Source of the DNA: Eledone cirrhosa
Lineage: Eukaryota
Direction: 5' to 3'
NCBI GenBank assembly: GCA_964016885.1
Contig: OZ024742.1
Location: 178,126,001 to 178,190,000, forward strand
Length of the DNA: 64,000 bases
The notes below the pieces were generated by a model, which was not told where the DNA came from, searched no databases, and saw nothing but the letters and a program-made list of their open reading frames with translations. This document shows, piece after piece, positions 39,872-53,750 of the stretch (the stretch's first letter is position 1; every line of letters begins with the position of its first letter). The position numbers were made by a program, and so were the translations under genes.

Positions 39872-39944
39872 CTCTCTGTAGCGCAGGGGATAGCACGCTG
39901 GACTTCAAATCCAGAGGTCGTGGGTTCGAATCCCACCAGGGATG
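39872..39944 (+). tRNA. tRNA-Arg-like gene or pseudogene with UCA anticodon
   Basis: Cloverleaf: acceptor ctctctg/cagggat, D arm gcgc/gcac, anticodon arm ctgga-ctTCAaa-tccag, T arm gtggg-ttcgaat-cccac; two mismatches; no oligo-T terminator. Confidence 0.65.
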
Positions 39945-40164
39945 ATTCTTGTGTGAAGGCGCGTGGCTGAGTGGTTAGCTTGTGTCCTTAAGCCAGACAC
40001 TTTATTTCACGTTGCTTCTTCTACCTGGAGTTGCAACCGATAGAAAGTATTAGCAATTGGAAAGACCAATGGAAACATTGTTTCCTCGGTTCGATTTGAC
40101 AAAAGTCGATCGACTATCTATTGTTTGTCTTTATTAATATGTGTTACTATTGTCTCTCTTGGAA

Positions 40165-40315
40165 ACGGCGAATTTACAGAGTCGCTACAACGTTGGAGAG
40201 AATTCTTTCTGATATTTGCTCCGATTCTGCTCTCTGAGTTCAAACTCCGCCAAGATCGACTTTGCTTTTCAACCTTTTGGGATCGATATAAAAAGTACTT
40301 ATCCAGTAGGTAAGT
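40165..40315 (+). mobile_element. Older SINE family 1 copy running into the satellite
   Basis: ctgagttcaaactccgccaagatcgactttgcttttcaacc body. Confidence 0.65.
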
Positions 40316-43300
40316 CAATCTCTTTCTCTATATATCTCTTTCTCAATTCCTCTCCACTACTATCTCTCTCCTTCTCTATATATATGTTTCAATTCCTCTC
40401 TATGTCTCTCTCCTTCTCTCTATATCTCTTTCTCAATTCCTCTCTATTTCTCTCTCCTTCTCTCTATATTTCTTTCTCAATTTCTCTCTACTACTCTCCC
40501 TCCTTCTCTCTATATCTCTTTCTCAATTCCTCTCTACTACTCTCCCTCGTTCTCTATATATCTCTTTCTCAATTCCTCTCTACTATTCTCCCTCCTTCTC
40601 TATATATCTCTTTCTCAATTCCTCTCCACTACTCTCTCTCCTTCTCTATATATCTCTTTCTCAATTCCTCTCTACTACTCTCCCTCCTTCTCTATATATC
40701 TGTCTCAATTCCTCTCCACTACTATATCTCTCCTTCTCTATATCTCTTTCTCAATTCCTCTCTACTTCTCTCCCTCCTTCTCTATATCTCTTTCTCAATT
40801 CCTCTCTACTACTCTCTCTCTCCTTCTCTATATCTCTTTCTCAATTCCTCTCTACTACTCTCCCTCCTTCTCTATATATCTGTCTCAATTCCTCTCCACT
40901 ACTCTCTCTCCTTCTCTATATATCTCTTTCTCAATTCCTCTCTACTACTCTCTCTCTCCTTCTCTATATCTCTTTCTCAATTCCTCTCCACTACTCTCCC
41001 TCCTTCTCTCAATATCTCTTTCTCAATTCCTCTCCACTACTCTCTCTCCTTCTCTATATCTCTTTCTCAATTCCTCTCTAGTACTCTCCCTCCTTCTCTA
41101 TATCTCTTTCTCAATTCCTCTCCACTACTCTCTCTCCTTCTCTCTATATCTCTTTCTCAATTCCTCTCTACTACTCTCCCTCCTTCTCTATATATCTCTT
41201 TCTCAATTCCTCTCCACTACTCTCTCTCCTTCTCTCTATATCTCTTTCTTAATTCCTCTCTAATACTCTCCCTCCTTCTCTATATATCTCTTTCTCAATT
41301 CCTCTCCACTACTCTCCCTCCTTCTCTATATATCTCTTTCTCAATTCCTCTCTACTATTCTCCCTCCTTCTCTATATCTCTTTCTCAATTCCTCTCCACT
41401 ACTCTCTCTCCTCTATATATCTCTTTCTCAATTCCTCTCTACTACTCTCCCTCCTTCTCTATATCTCTTTCTCAATTCCTCTCTACTATTCTCCCTCCTT
41501 CTCTATATCTCTTTCTCAATTCCTCTCCACTACTCTCTCTCCTCTATATATCTCTTTCTCAATTCCTCTCTACTACTCTCCCTCCTTCTCTATATCTCTT
41601 TCTCAATTCCTCTCTACTACTCTCTCTCTCCTTCTCTATATCTCTTTCTCAATTCCTCTCTACTACTCTCCCTCCTTCTCTATATCTCTTTCTCAATTCC
41701 TCTCTACTTCCCTCCCTCCTTCTCTATATCTCTTTCTCAATTCCTCACTATTTCTCTCTCCCTCCTTCTCTATATATCTCTTTCTCAATTCCTCTCTACT
41801 TCTCTCTCTCTCTCTCCTTCTCTATATCTCTTTCTCAATTCCTCTCTACTTCTCTCCCTCCTTCTCTATATCTCTTTCTCAATTCCTCTCTACTACTCTC
41901 CCTCCTTCTCTATATCTCTTTCTCAATTCCTCTCCACTACTCTCTCTCCTTCTCTATATATCGCTTTCTCAATTCCTCTCCGTTACTCTCCCTCCTTCTC
42001 TATATCTCTTTCTCAATTCCTCTCTATTTCTCCCTCCTTCTCTCTATATCTCTTTCTCACTTCCTCTCTACTACTCTCCCTCCTTCTCTCTATATCTCTT
42101 TCTCAATTCCTCTCTATTTCTCCCTCCTTCTCTCTATATCTCTTTCTCAATTCCTCTCCACTACTCTCCCTCCTTCTCTATATATCTCTTTCTCAATTCC
42201 TCTCTACTACTCTCTCTCTCCTTCTCTATATCTCTTTCTCTATTCCTCTCCACTACTCTCCCTCCTTCTCTATATATCTCTTTCTCAATTCCTCTCCACT
42301 ACTCTCCCTCCTTCTCTATATATCTCTTTCTCAATTCCTCTCTACTACTCTCCCTCCTTCTCTATATATCTCTTTCTCAATTCCTCTCCACTACTCTCCC
42401 TCCTTCTCTATATATCTCTTTCTCAATTCCTCTCTACTACTCTCCCTTCTTCTCTATATATCTCTTTCTCAATTCCTCTCTACTACTCTCCCTCCTTCTC
42501 TATATATCTCTTTCTCAATTCCTCTCTACTACTCTCCCTCCTTCTCTATATATCTCTTTCTCAATTCCTCTCTACTACTCTCCCTCCTTCTCTATATATC
42601 TCTTTCTCAATTCCTCTCTACTACTCTCTCTCCTTCTCTATATATCTCTTTCTCAATTCCTCTCTACTACTCTCCCTCCTTCTCTATATATCTCTTTCTC
42701 AATTCCTCTCTACTACTCTCTCTCCTTCTCTATATATCTCTTTCTCAATTCCTCTCTACTACTCTCTCTCCTTCTCTATATATCTCTTTTGTCAATTCCT
42801 CTCTATTTCTCCCTCCTTCTCTATATATCTCTTTCTTAATTCCTCACTAATACTCTGCCTCCTTCTCTATATATCTCTTTCTCAATTCCTCTCTACTACT
42901 CTCTCTCCTTCTCTATATATCTCTTTCTCAATTCCTCTCTACTACTCTCCCTCCTTCTCTATATATCTCTTTCTCAATTCCTCTCTACTACTCTCCCTCC
43001 TTCTCTATATATCTCTTTCTCAATTCCTCTCCACTACTCTCTCTCCTTCTCTATATATCTCTTTCTAAATTCCTCTCTACAACTCTCCCTCCTTATCTAT
43101 ATATCTCTTTCTAAATTCCTCTCTAGTACTCTCCCTCCTTCACTATATATCTCTTTCTCAATTCCTCTCTATTTCACCCTCCTTCTCTATATATCTCTTT
43201 CTTAATTCCTCTCTAATACTCTCCCTCCTCCTCTATATATCTCTTTCTCAATTCCTCTCTACTACTCTCTCTCCTTCTCTATATATCTCTTTCTCAATTC

Positions 43301-46300
43301 CTCTCCACTACTCTCCCTCCTTCTCTATATATCTCTTTCTCAATTCCTCTCTATTTCTCCCTCCTTCTCTATATATCTCTTTCTCAATTCCTCTCTATTT
43401 CTCCCTCCTTCTCTATATATCTCTTTCTTAATTCCTCTCCACTACTCTCTCTCCTTCTCTATATATCTCTTTCTCAATTCCTCTCTACTACTCTCCCTCC
43501 TTCTCTATATATCTCTTTCTTAATTCCTCTCTAATACTCTCCCTCCTTCTCTATATATCTCTTTCTCAATTCCTCTCTACTACTCTCTCTCCTTCTCTAT
43601 ATATCTCTTTCTCAATTCCTCTCCACTACTCTCCCTCCTTCTCTATATATCTCTTTCTCAATTCCTCTCTATTTCTCCCTCCTTCTCTATATATCTCTTT
43701 CTCAATTCCTCTCTATTTCTCCCTCCTTCTCTATATATCTCTTTCTTAATTCCTCTCCACTACTCTCTCTCCTTCTCTATATATCTCTTTCTCAATTCCT
43801 CTCTACTACTCTCCCTCCTTCTCTATATATCTCTTTCTTAATTCCTCTCTAATACTCTCCCTCCTTCTCTATATATCTCTTTCTCAATTCCTCTCTACTA
43901 CTCTCTCTCCTTCTCTATATATCTCTTTCTCAATTCCTCTCCACTACTCTCCCTCCTTCTCTATATATCTCTTTCTTAATTCCTCACTAATACTCTGCCT
44001 CCTTCTCTATATATCTCTTTCTCAATTCCTCTCTATTTCTCCCTCCTTCTCTATATATCTCTTTCTTAATTCCTCTCTAATACTCTCCCTCCTTCTCTAT
44101 ATATCTCTTTCTCAATTCCTCTCTACTACTCTCTCTCCTTCTCTATATATCTCTTTCTCAATTCCTCTCTACTACTCTCCCTCCTTCTCTATATCTCTTT
44201 CTCAATTCCTCTTCACTACTCTCTCTCCTTCTCTATATATCGCTTTCTCAATTCCTCTCCGTTACTCTCCCTCCTTCTCTATATCTCTTTCTCAATTCCT
44301 CTCTATTTCTCCCTCCTTCTCTCTATATCTCTTTCTCAATTCCTCTCTACTACTCTCCCTCCTTCTCTCTATATCTCTTTCTCAATTCCTCTCTATTTCT
44401 CCCTCCTTCTCTCTATATCTCTTTCTCAATTCCTCTCTATTTCTCCCTCCTTCTCTATATATCTCTTTCTCAATTCCTCTCTATTTCTCCCTCCTTCTCT
44501 ATATATCTCTTTCTTAATTCCTCACTAATACTCTCTCTCCTTCTCTATATATCTCTTTCTCAATTCCTCTCTACTACTCTCCCTCCTTCTCTATATATCT
44601 TTCTCAATTCCTCTCCACTACTCTCTCTCCTTCTCTATATATCTCTTTCTCAATTCCTCTCTACTACTCTCCCTCCTTCTCTCTATATCTCTTTCTCAAT
44701 TCCTCTCCACTACTCTCCCTCCTTCTCTCTATATTTCTTTCTCAATTCCTCTCCACTACTCTCTCTCCTTCTCTATATATCTCTTTCTCAATTCCTCTCT
44801 ACTACTCTCCCTCCTTCTCTCTATATTTCTTTCTCAATTCCTCTCCACTACTCTCCCTCCTTCTCTATATATCTCTTTCTCAATTCCTCTCCACTACTCT
44901 CTCTCCTTCTCTATATATCTCTTTCTCAATTCCTCTCTACTACTCTCCCTCCTTCTCTCTATATTTCTTTCTCAATTCCTCTCCACTACTCTCCCTCCTT
45001 CTCTATATATCTCTTTCTCAATTCCTCTCCACTACTCTCCCTCCTTCTCTATATATCTCTTTCTCAATTCCTCTCCACTACTCTCCCTCCTTCTCTCTAT
45101 ATTTCTTTCTCAATTCCTCTCTACTACTCTCTCTCCTTCTCTATATATCTCTTTCTCAATTCCTCTCTACTACTCTCTCTCTCCTTCTCTATATATCGCT
45201 TTCTCAATTCCTCTCTACTACTCTGCCTCCTTCTCTATATATCTCTTTCTCAATTCCTCTCTACTACTCTCCCTCCTTCTCTATATATCTCTTTCTCAAT
45301 TCCTCTCTACTACTCTCCCTCCTTCTCTATATATCTCTTTCTCAATTCCTCTCTACTACTCTCCCTCCTTCTCTATATATCTCTTTCTCAATTCCTCTCT
45401 ACTACTCTCCCTCCTTCTCTATATATCTCTTTCTCAATTCCTCTCTACTACTCTCTCTCCTTCTCTATATATCTCTTTCTCAATTCCTCTCTACTACTCT
45501 CTCTCCTTCTCTATATATCTCTTTCTCAATTCCTCTCTATTTCTCCCTCCTTCTCTATATATCTCTTTCTTAATTCCTCTCTAATACTCTCCCTCCTTCT
45601 CTATATATCTCTTTCTCAATTTCTCTCTACTACTCTCTCTCCTTCTCTATATATCTCTTTCTCAATTCCTCTCTACTACTCTCCCTCCTTCTCTATATAT
45701 CTCTTTCTAAATTCCTCTCTACTACTCTCCCGCCTTCTCTATATATCTCTTTCTCAATTCCTCTCTATTTCTCCCTCCTTCTCTATATATCTCTTTCTTA
45801 ATTCCTCTCTAATACTCTGCCTCCTTCTCTATATATCTCTTTCTCAATTCCTCTCTACTACTCTCTCTCCTTCTCTATATATCTCTTTCTAAATTCCTCT
45901 CTACTACTCTCCCTCCTTCTCTATATATCTCTTTCTCAATTCCTCTCTATTTCTCCCTCCTTCTCTATATATCTCTTTCTTAATTCCTCTCTAATACTCT
46001 CCCTCCTTCTCTATATATCTATTTCTCAATTCCTCTCCACTACTCTCTCTCCTTCTCTATATATCTCTTTCTAAATTCCTCTCTACAACTCTCCCTCCTT
46101 CTCTATATATCTCTTTCTAAATTCCTCTCTACTACTCGCCCTCCTTCTCTATATATCTCTTTCTCAATTCCTCTCTATTTCACCCTCCTTCTCTATATAT
46201 CTCTTTCTAAATTCCTCTCTACTACTCTCCCTCCTCCTCTATATATCTCTTTCTCAATTCCTCTCTATTTCTCCCTCCTTCTCTATATATCTCTTTCTCA

Positions 46301-48398
46301 ATTCCTATCTATTTCTCCCTCCTTCTCTATATATCTCTTTCTCAATTCCTCTCTACTACTCTCTCTCCTTCTCTATATATCTCTTTCTCAATTCCTCTCC
46401 ACTACTCTCCCTCCTTCTCTATATATCTCTTTCTCAATTCCTCTCCACTACTCTCCCTCCTTCTCTATATCTCTTTCTCACTTCCTCTCTATTTCTCCCT
46501 CCTTCTCTATATATCTCTTTCTTAATTCCTCTCCACTACTCTCCCTCCTTCTCTATATATATATCTTTCTCAATTCCTCTCTACTACTCTCCCTCCTTCT
46601 CTATATATCTCTTTCTTAATTCCTCTCTACTACTCTCCCTCCTTCTCTATATATCTCTTTCTCAATTCCTCTCTACTACTCTCCCTCCTTCTCTCTATAT
46701 CTCTTTCTCAATTCCTCTCCACTACTCTCTCTCCTTCTCTATATATCTCTTTCTCAATTCCTATCTATTTCTCCCTCCTTCTCTCTATATCTCTTTCTCA
46801 ATTCCTCTCTACTACTCTCCCTCCTTCTCTATATATCTCTTTCTCAATTCCTCTCTACTACTCTCCCTCCTTCTCTCTATATCTCTTTCTCAATTCCCCT
46901 CCACTACTCTCCCTCCTTCTCTATATATCTCTTTCTCAATTCCTCTCTACTACTCTCCCTCCTTCTCTATATATATCTTTCTCAATTCCTCTCTACTACT
47001 CTCCCTCCTTCTCTATATATCTTTCTCAATTCCTCTCCACTACTCTCTCTCCTTCTCTATATATCTCTTTCTCAATTCCTCTCTACTACTCTCCCTCCTT
47101 CTCTCTATATCTCTTTCTCAATTCCTCTCCACTACTCTCTCTCCTTCTCTATATATATCTTTCTCAATTCCTCTCTACTACTCTCCCTCCTTCTCTATAT
47201 CTCTTTCTCAATTCCTCTCCACTACTCTCTCTCCTTCTCTATATATATCTTTCTCAATTCCTCTCTACTACTCTCCCTCCTTCTCTATATATCTCTTTCT
47301 CAATTCCTCTCCACTACTCTCCCTCCTTCTCTATATATCTCTTTCTCAATTCCTCTCTACTACTCTCTCGCCTTCTCTATATATCTCTTTCTCAATTCCT
47401 CTCTACTACTCTCCCTCCTTCTCTATATATCTCTTTCTCAATTCCTCTCTACTACTCTCCCTCCTTCTCTATATATCTCTTTCTCAATTCCTCTCTACTA
47501 CTCTCCCTCCTTCTCTCTATATCTCTTTCTAAATTCCTCTCTACTACTCTCTCGCCTTCTCTATATCTCTTTCTCAATTCCTCTCTACTACTCTCCCTCC
47601 TTCTCTATATATCTCTTTCTCAATTCCTCTCCACTACTCTCCCTCCTTCTCTATATATCTCTTTCTCAATTCCTCTCTACTACTCTCCCTCCTTCTCTAT
47701 ATATCTCTTTCTTAATTCCTCTCTACTACTCTCTCTCCTTCTCTATATATCTCTTTCTCAATTCCTCTCTACTACTCTCTCTCCTTCTCTATATATCTCT
47801 TTCTCAATTCCCCTCCACTACTCTCCCTCCTTCTCTATATATCTCTTTCTCAATTCCTCTCTACTACTCTCCCTCCTTCTCTCTATATCTCTTTCTAAAT
47901 TCCTCTCTACTACTCTCTCGCCTTCTCTATATCTCTTTCTCAATTCCTCTCTACTACTCTCCCTCCTTCTCTATATATCTCTTTCTTAATTCCTCTCTAC
48001 TACTCTCTCTCCTTCTCTATATATCTCTTTCTCAATTCCTCTCTACTACTCTCTCTCCTTCTCTATATATCTCTTTCTCAATTCCCCTCCACTACTCTCC
48101 CTCCTTCTCTATATATCTCTTTCTCAATTCCTCTCTACTACTCTCCCTCCTTCTCTATATATCTCTTTCTCAATTCCTCTCTACTACTCTCCCTCCTTCT
48201 CTATATCTCTTTCTCAATTCCTCTCCACTACTCTCTCTCTCCGTCTCTATATCTCTTTCTCAATCCTCTCCACTACTACCCCTCCTTCTCTATATCTCTT
48301 TCTCAATTCCTCTCTACTTCTCTCTCTCTCTCTTTCTCTATATCTCTTTCTCAATTCCTCTCTATTCCTCTCTACTTCTCTCTCTCTCTCTCCTTCTC
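40316..48398. repeat. ~8.1-kb tandem satellite, 46-bp unit with length variants (roughly 175 units)
   Basis: Unit ctctccctccttctctatatatctctttctcaattcctctctacta; almost no G on the + strand. Confidence 0.97.
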
Positions 48399-48582
48399 CA
48401 GAAGAAATCGTGATTGGGAGGAGATGGGGTCCGGCAGTTTTTAAAAAATGCCAAGAAACGCTGTACGTCACTAGGATGCACGTACGACTCCACCAGTAGT
48501 TATGAGTACATACATTGTCTGTCCTGTGTAATAAGAATTGCTTCTTGGTCTGCTTTTTGTTAATATATGGTATCATTGTTAT

Positions 48583-49059
48583 CAGGGTTGGATTTAGACT
48601 TTGGGGAATTCTGAGCACTTCATGATTGCGGGAGGGCCCTAATCCATAAAATATTAGAATACACATGGGTCAGATCAAACTGAGTTTACCTTTGCCTTTC
48701 ATCCTTCCGAGTTTGTTAACAAAACGTCTAGAGCTTCATTTTGCCAGTATAGACATTGTGGGGCTCGGAGCATTTCAGGTTTGGGGGTCCCCTCATACAT
48801 AAAAAATTAGAATACACAGCACCACGCACCACCACCCCGCCAAGTTTACATATCAAAGTTAGTTTGGTGCAAGTAATTGGAATTGAAAAGTTATACATAC
48901 AAGCATTGAATATAACAATTCTAATCATCCTAAAACTAAAATTGCTCAGCTGGGGGGGGGGGGGGCACAAACGAATTTCTACGGCCGTCTCTGGTGGTGA
49001 CCTCAATGCAGGGGGCCCAAAGCAAATGTCTCCTTTGCTCCCCATTAAATCTGTCCCTG
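48583..49059 (-). mobile_element. hAT-type MITE (same family as 28611-28893) with internal extra fragments
   Basis: Ends cagggttggattta / taaatctgtccctg; shared internal sequence. Confidence 0.7.
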
Positions 49060-49094
49060 GTTCTTAGTAAATCTTGTTACCGTGAGGTTTTTCT

Positions 49095-49480
49095 CTCATG
49101 CTTTACTATTGATTGTCTTTTCTTAATACATGTTACTATAGTCTATGTATTAATGTATTACTATATTCTGTCTTCGTTAACATGTGTTGCTATTATCTGC
49201 CTTTTGTTTATGTCTTCCTATTGTCTATTTTTATTGATATGAATTGCTGTTGCTTGTCTTCGTAAATATATGTTACTAGTGTCTGTCTTTCTTAATATAT
49301 GTTGCTATTGACTATTTTTTGTTTGGATATGTTGCTATTGACTGCCTTTTGCTAATATGTGTTGCTATTTTCTGTCTTTTTTTATATATGTTGCTACTTT
49401 CTGTCTTTGTTCATATGTTGTTATTTACTGTCTTTATTAATATGTGTTATTATTGTCTGCTGGTGTTTGTGTTTTTCTTA
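49095..49480. repeat. Degenerate ~31-bp minisatellite (tgttgctattgtctgtctttcttaatata-like)
   Basis: About a dozen diverged units. Confidence 0.75.
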
Positions 49481-49785
49481 ATATGCAGTTTGCATATTCT
49501 TAATAAGTAGTTTGGCGTAATATGCAGTTTGTAAAATAGTAGAATACATATCTTCCGCAAGGCTACAGCTAATTACATGAATTATACACTTCAATGTATG
49601 TGTCCAGGATTATTTCAAATAGTTATTTCCTTTCTCATTCTGAAATATTTTCATTATACAGTAATTATAGTTACAATTAAAAATTTTCATAAAAATCATG
49701 CTTAGCTGTTAGCCATTTCCCCATGTTAATAGGGGCAAGCATGGCTCAGTGGTTAAAGAATGCTTGGCATTATTTATATCCACGA

Positions 49786-50001
49786 AAGGGCAGTGGATTG
49801 GCAGTATCGGTAGAAGGTTGGACGCCATGCTTTGCAGCATAGAGTTACGGCCCTTTATGATCTGAGTTCAAATCCTGCCGAGGTTAACTTTGCCTTTCAT
49901 CCTTACGGGGTCGATAAAATAAAGTACCAGTCATGCACTGGGGTCGATTTAATCGACTATCCCCTCCCCCAAATTGCTGGCCTTGTGCCTATATAAGAAA
50001 C
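49786..50001 (+). mobile_element. Full-length SINE family 1 nested in a family 2 SINE
   Basis: Perfect 18-bp TSD cattatttatatccacga at 49768-49785 and 50002-50019. Confidence 0.92.
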
Positions 50002-50749
50002 CATTATTTATATCCACGAGTCCGACACCATTGCATGACACCTTGAGCCAGTATCTTTGTCAGACCCTCGGGTCGGTTGAAACCTTGGGAGTCAAATTGA
50101 GTAAACGGAAATTCTATAAAGGCTGGTTGGGTGGATTATATCTGTAGCTCAAGGGTATAGTATATGTGACAGACAATTAGTATTGTAGCGGTTAATTGGT
50201 GAATGTAGTTAGAGGTTAGAACAGAGTGCTTTGTAGTATTTGTTCTAACTCTCTGAGCTCTGGGTTCAAATCCCACCGAAATCAATTTGCATTTCTTCCT
50301 TCCGGGGTTGATAATATAATATAGTCGTCTAGGGTGGAGGATTGGTGAGTGCGCCATGTGAGTCACCTTGTGATATTCGGACCGGCTCTTTGCATTCTAC
50401 GTTCCAATTCTGCTGTGGCCTACTTGATGTTAGACTTCATCCTCTGCACGATTTAATACCAATATCTGCCTCTTGGTTGCGTTTAGAAAGTCAACTCTGT
50501 TGCAAACATCAGGCCAGGTCTTCAGTTTGAGGTACATTTGTCCTTCTTTCTCCTGTACTACTCACGAAAGCCCTAAATAGGATCATGGTTATTGCCCCTC
50601 CTCACATTAAAATAAATGCACACTAACGTTTAGAAGTTTTATCTGATACCTGGCAATATTACACTTGATAGCAGAAGGGGAGTAAAGCTGGAAAAGAAAA
50701 GAATATTTGATGAATACGAAGTGGATTGAACTCGAGAAAATATTTTATA

Positions 50750-50943
50750 GTGCTTTCGAATTTAGGCACAAGGCCAGCAATTTGTGAGATGTGGAAAGTC
50801 GATTACATCTATCCCATGTTCCTGACTAGAAAGGATTAAAGGCAACGTTGACCTTGCAGGGGTTTATACTCAGAATGTAAAGAGCCAGAACAAATACTGA
50901 TAAGCATGTGTTCGACACTCTACCGACACTGCTAATCCACCAA
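50750..50943 (-). mobile_element. SINE family 1, diverged
   Basis: ggcacaaggccagcaattt 3' end and tRNA-like head. Confidence 0.75.
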
Positions 50944-51700
50944 CCTTGAAATGTTATTTAATAATATCCATCATTCCTGTACACATGTTTACAAATAATC
51001 TATCCATACCTACAAACAATAGTAAAAAGAAAGACTACTAAATGTAACAGTAATTCCATCAGCAGGAATGTTGATAAAGGGCTCAGAGTGTACAGGGAGT
51101 GGATGAAAATATCTTCGTGAAAATATCTTCGTGAAAATATCCGTGTTGGATTTGACGTGAACAGGGACAAGGGGAAATTAGGAGTTGATTTGGATTTTCC
51201 TTTTCTATAACTATGGAATAGTCGCAGGCATGTGTCACCTGATGGGATGTCCATTAATGGATTGTCATGATTGTTTTGTTTATTTCGGTTTTTATGGTTG
51301 GCTTTTTTTTTGTTACTTTTTTTATGATTTGAGAAGTAGCACATTGATAAAGAAAAATTACGTTAACATTTTGTAAAGATTTGATATCGACAAGAAATCA
51401 TAATAATAACAACAACAACAACAAAACAACAACAATTCTCCCAATGAATATTGGTTTTATGCCAGATCAAAAAAATCTTTAGTATTTAATAAGCTAAAAT
51501 ACCAAGTAGAACACAACATAATTTTGAGAAATGGTGCCATGCATTCATTGAAGTAAGAAGAAGAAATTCTTTGGTGTACTATTTCAGTAATAGAAAATAA
51601 ATTGACTGCTCTCTCTCTATATATATATATATATATATCTTTCTCTCTATATATATATGTGTATGTGCGTGTGTGTGCGTGTGTGTGTGCGTGTGCGTGC

Positions 51701-51746
<46 letters not shown>

Positions 51747-52699
51747 ATTTTTATTTTTTATTATTTGGTTATTTTTTATATTACTTTCTTTGTATGTATG
51801 TTTCCTTCCTTTCAGATTGTTTGATTTCTTTCAGTGGTAGACTTTCAATTGGAATTAATAAATTGAGTGGTATTGAGTTACCAAAATCTTATCTGGCAAT
51901 TAACCTGGAATATGTAACGTTTCTGCTGACTTCTAATAAAATTTACAAAATTTTCCTTTTCTTCTTCGTATTTCTAACTGAATTTGAATTTCTGCGTGTT
52001 TTTCCTCAAACGTTAGTATTTATTGCTACACTTTAGCAAATTTCTTAGAGAATTTTTATCTAATCTAAAATTCCTGTAATTAGCAATGCTGGTTTTTTAG
52101 CCTAGATTTCAGCAAGCATCATTTTCCTGACACAGTTCTTAAATCAATATCTAGTGAGCAATTGTGAAATGTATATTTCTCATAGTTTATTATCATGACT
52201 TTCTCTTGCACAAAGATTTCTGTAACAATAAAACATAAAGGTGCTTATTCAATAATCTATAAAATAATAACTGCACAGCCTTTTTGTATATTGTATGATA
52301 CAAGGCAGTTTCACCTTTAAATATTTTTATTGTTTATCAACCGTTACATATGCTTCACATATGATTGGCTCGGAGTTTTCATCGATGGGATAGACCTGAC
52401 AAAAGCATCGATGTGCTCCTCAGACGTGAAGATCCTCAGTCCATAAACGTAGATTGTATTACAAACTAATGACGTCACCGAATATTACTTATTCCGCCCC
52501 TAAAACAATGAGTTATGTACTAGTAAATATTTAAGCACAACAATGTCTATTAGATAGGTCTGATGTAGATATATCTACAGTTTATAATTCCAACTGTGAA
52601 AATTTATCAAATATGAAAAGCTTTTTTGTTTGTTTTAGACACAGACATCTACAAGAAATTGGTTTTACATGTTTCATGACGAATTGGTTGTTCATCATC

Positions 52700-53750
52700 T
52701 CCTTCCTCCAACAAAGGCAGCTAGACAAGTACTCTTCCCCTTCCTCTAACAAAGAGAGCTAGACAAGTACTCTTCCCCTTCCTCCAACAAAGACAGTTAG
52801 ACAAGTACTCTTCCCCTTCATCCAACAAAGACAGCTAGACAAGTACTCTTTTCCTTCCTCCAACAAAGGCAGCTAGACAAGTACTCTTTTCCTTCCTCCA
52901 ACAAAGACAGCTAGACAAGTACTCTTTTCCTTCCACCAACAAAGACAGCTAGACAAGTACTCTTTTCCTTCCACCAACAAAGACAGCTAGATAAGTACTC
53001 TTTTCCTTCCACCAATAAAGACAGCTAGACAAGTACTCTTTTCCTTCCACCAATAAAGACAGCTAGACAAGTACTCTTTTCCTTCCTCCAACAAAGACAG
53101 CTAGACAAGTACTCTTTTCCTTCCTCCAACAAAGACAGCTAGACAAGTACTCTTTTCCTTCCACCAACAAAGACAGCTAGACAAGTACTCTTTTCCTTCC
53201 ACCAATAAAGACAGCTAGACAAGTACTCTTTTCTTTCCACCAATAAAGACAGCTAGACAAGTACTCTTCCCCTTTCTCCAATAAAGACAGCTAGACAAGT
53301 ACTCTTTTCCTTCCACCAATAAAGACAGCTAGACAAGTACTCTTTTCCTTCCACCAATAAAGACAGCTAGACAAGTACTCTTTTCCTTCCACCACTAAAG
53401 ACAGCTAGACAAGTACTCTTTTCCTTCCACCAATAAAGACAGCTAGACAAGTACTCTTTTCCTTCCACCAATAAAGACAGCTAGACAAGTACTCTTTTAC
53501 TTCCACCAATAAAGACAGCTAGACAAGTACTCTTTTCCTTCCACCAATAAAGACAGCTAGACAAGTACTCTTTTCCTTCCACCACTAAAGACAGCTAGAC
53601 AAGTACTCTTTTCCTTCCACCAATAAAGACAGCTAGACAAGTACTCTTTTCCTTCCACCAACAAAGACAGCTAGATAAGTACTCTTTTCCTTCCTCCAAT
53701 AAAGACAGCTAGACAAGTACTCCTCTCCTTCCAACAACAAAGGCAGCTAA
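52700..53750. repeat. 38-bp minisatellite, about 27 units
   Basis: Unit ccaataaagacagctagacaagtactcttttccttcca; no spacers. Confidence 0.97.

Noticed and set aside
39872-39944. Selenocysteine tRNA
   Set aside because: Lacks the long variable arm and extended acceptor/D stems of tRNA-Sec
40216-43068. 950-aa ORF
   Set aside because: Read-through of a G-poor satellite that rarely forms stops; repetitive S/L/F/Y peptide
52370-52426. HHR-like CTGAGGA..GAAA on minus (similar partial motifs near 1720, 20630 and 62560)
   Set aside because: Missing stem I/III or cleavage triplet; not distinguishable from chance
52700-53750. CRISPR-like 38-bp repeats (also the 31-bp array at 24499)
   Set aside because: Head-to-tail units with no unique spacers, no cas genes, eukaryotic context
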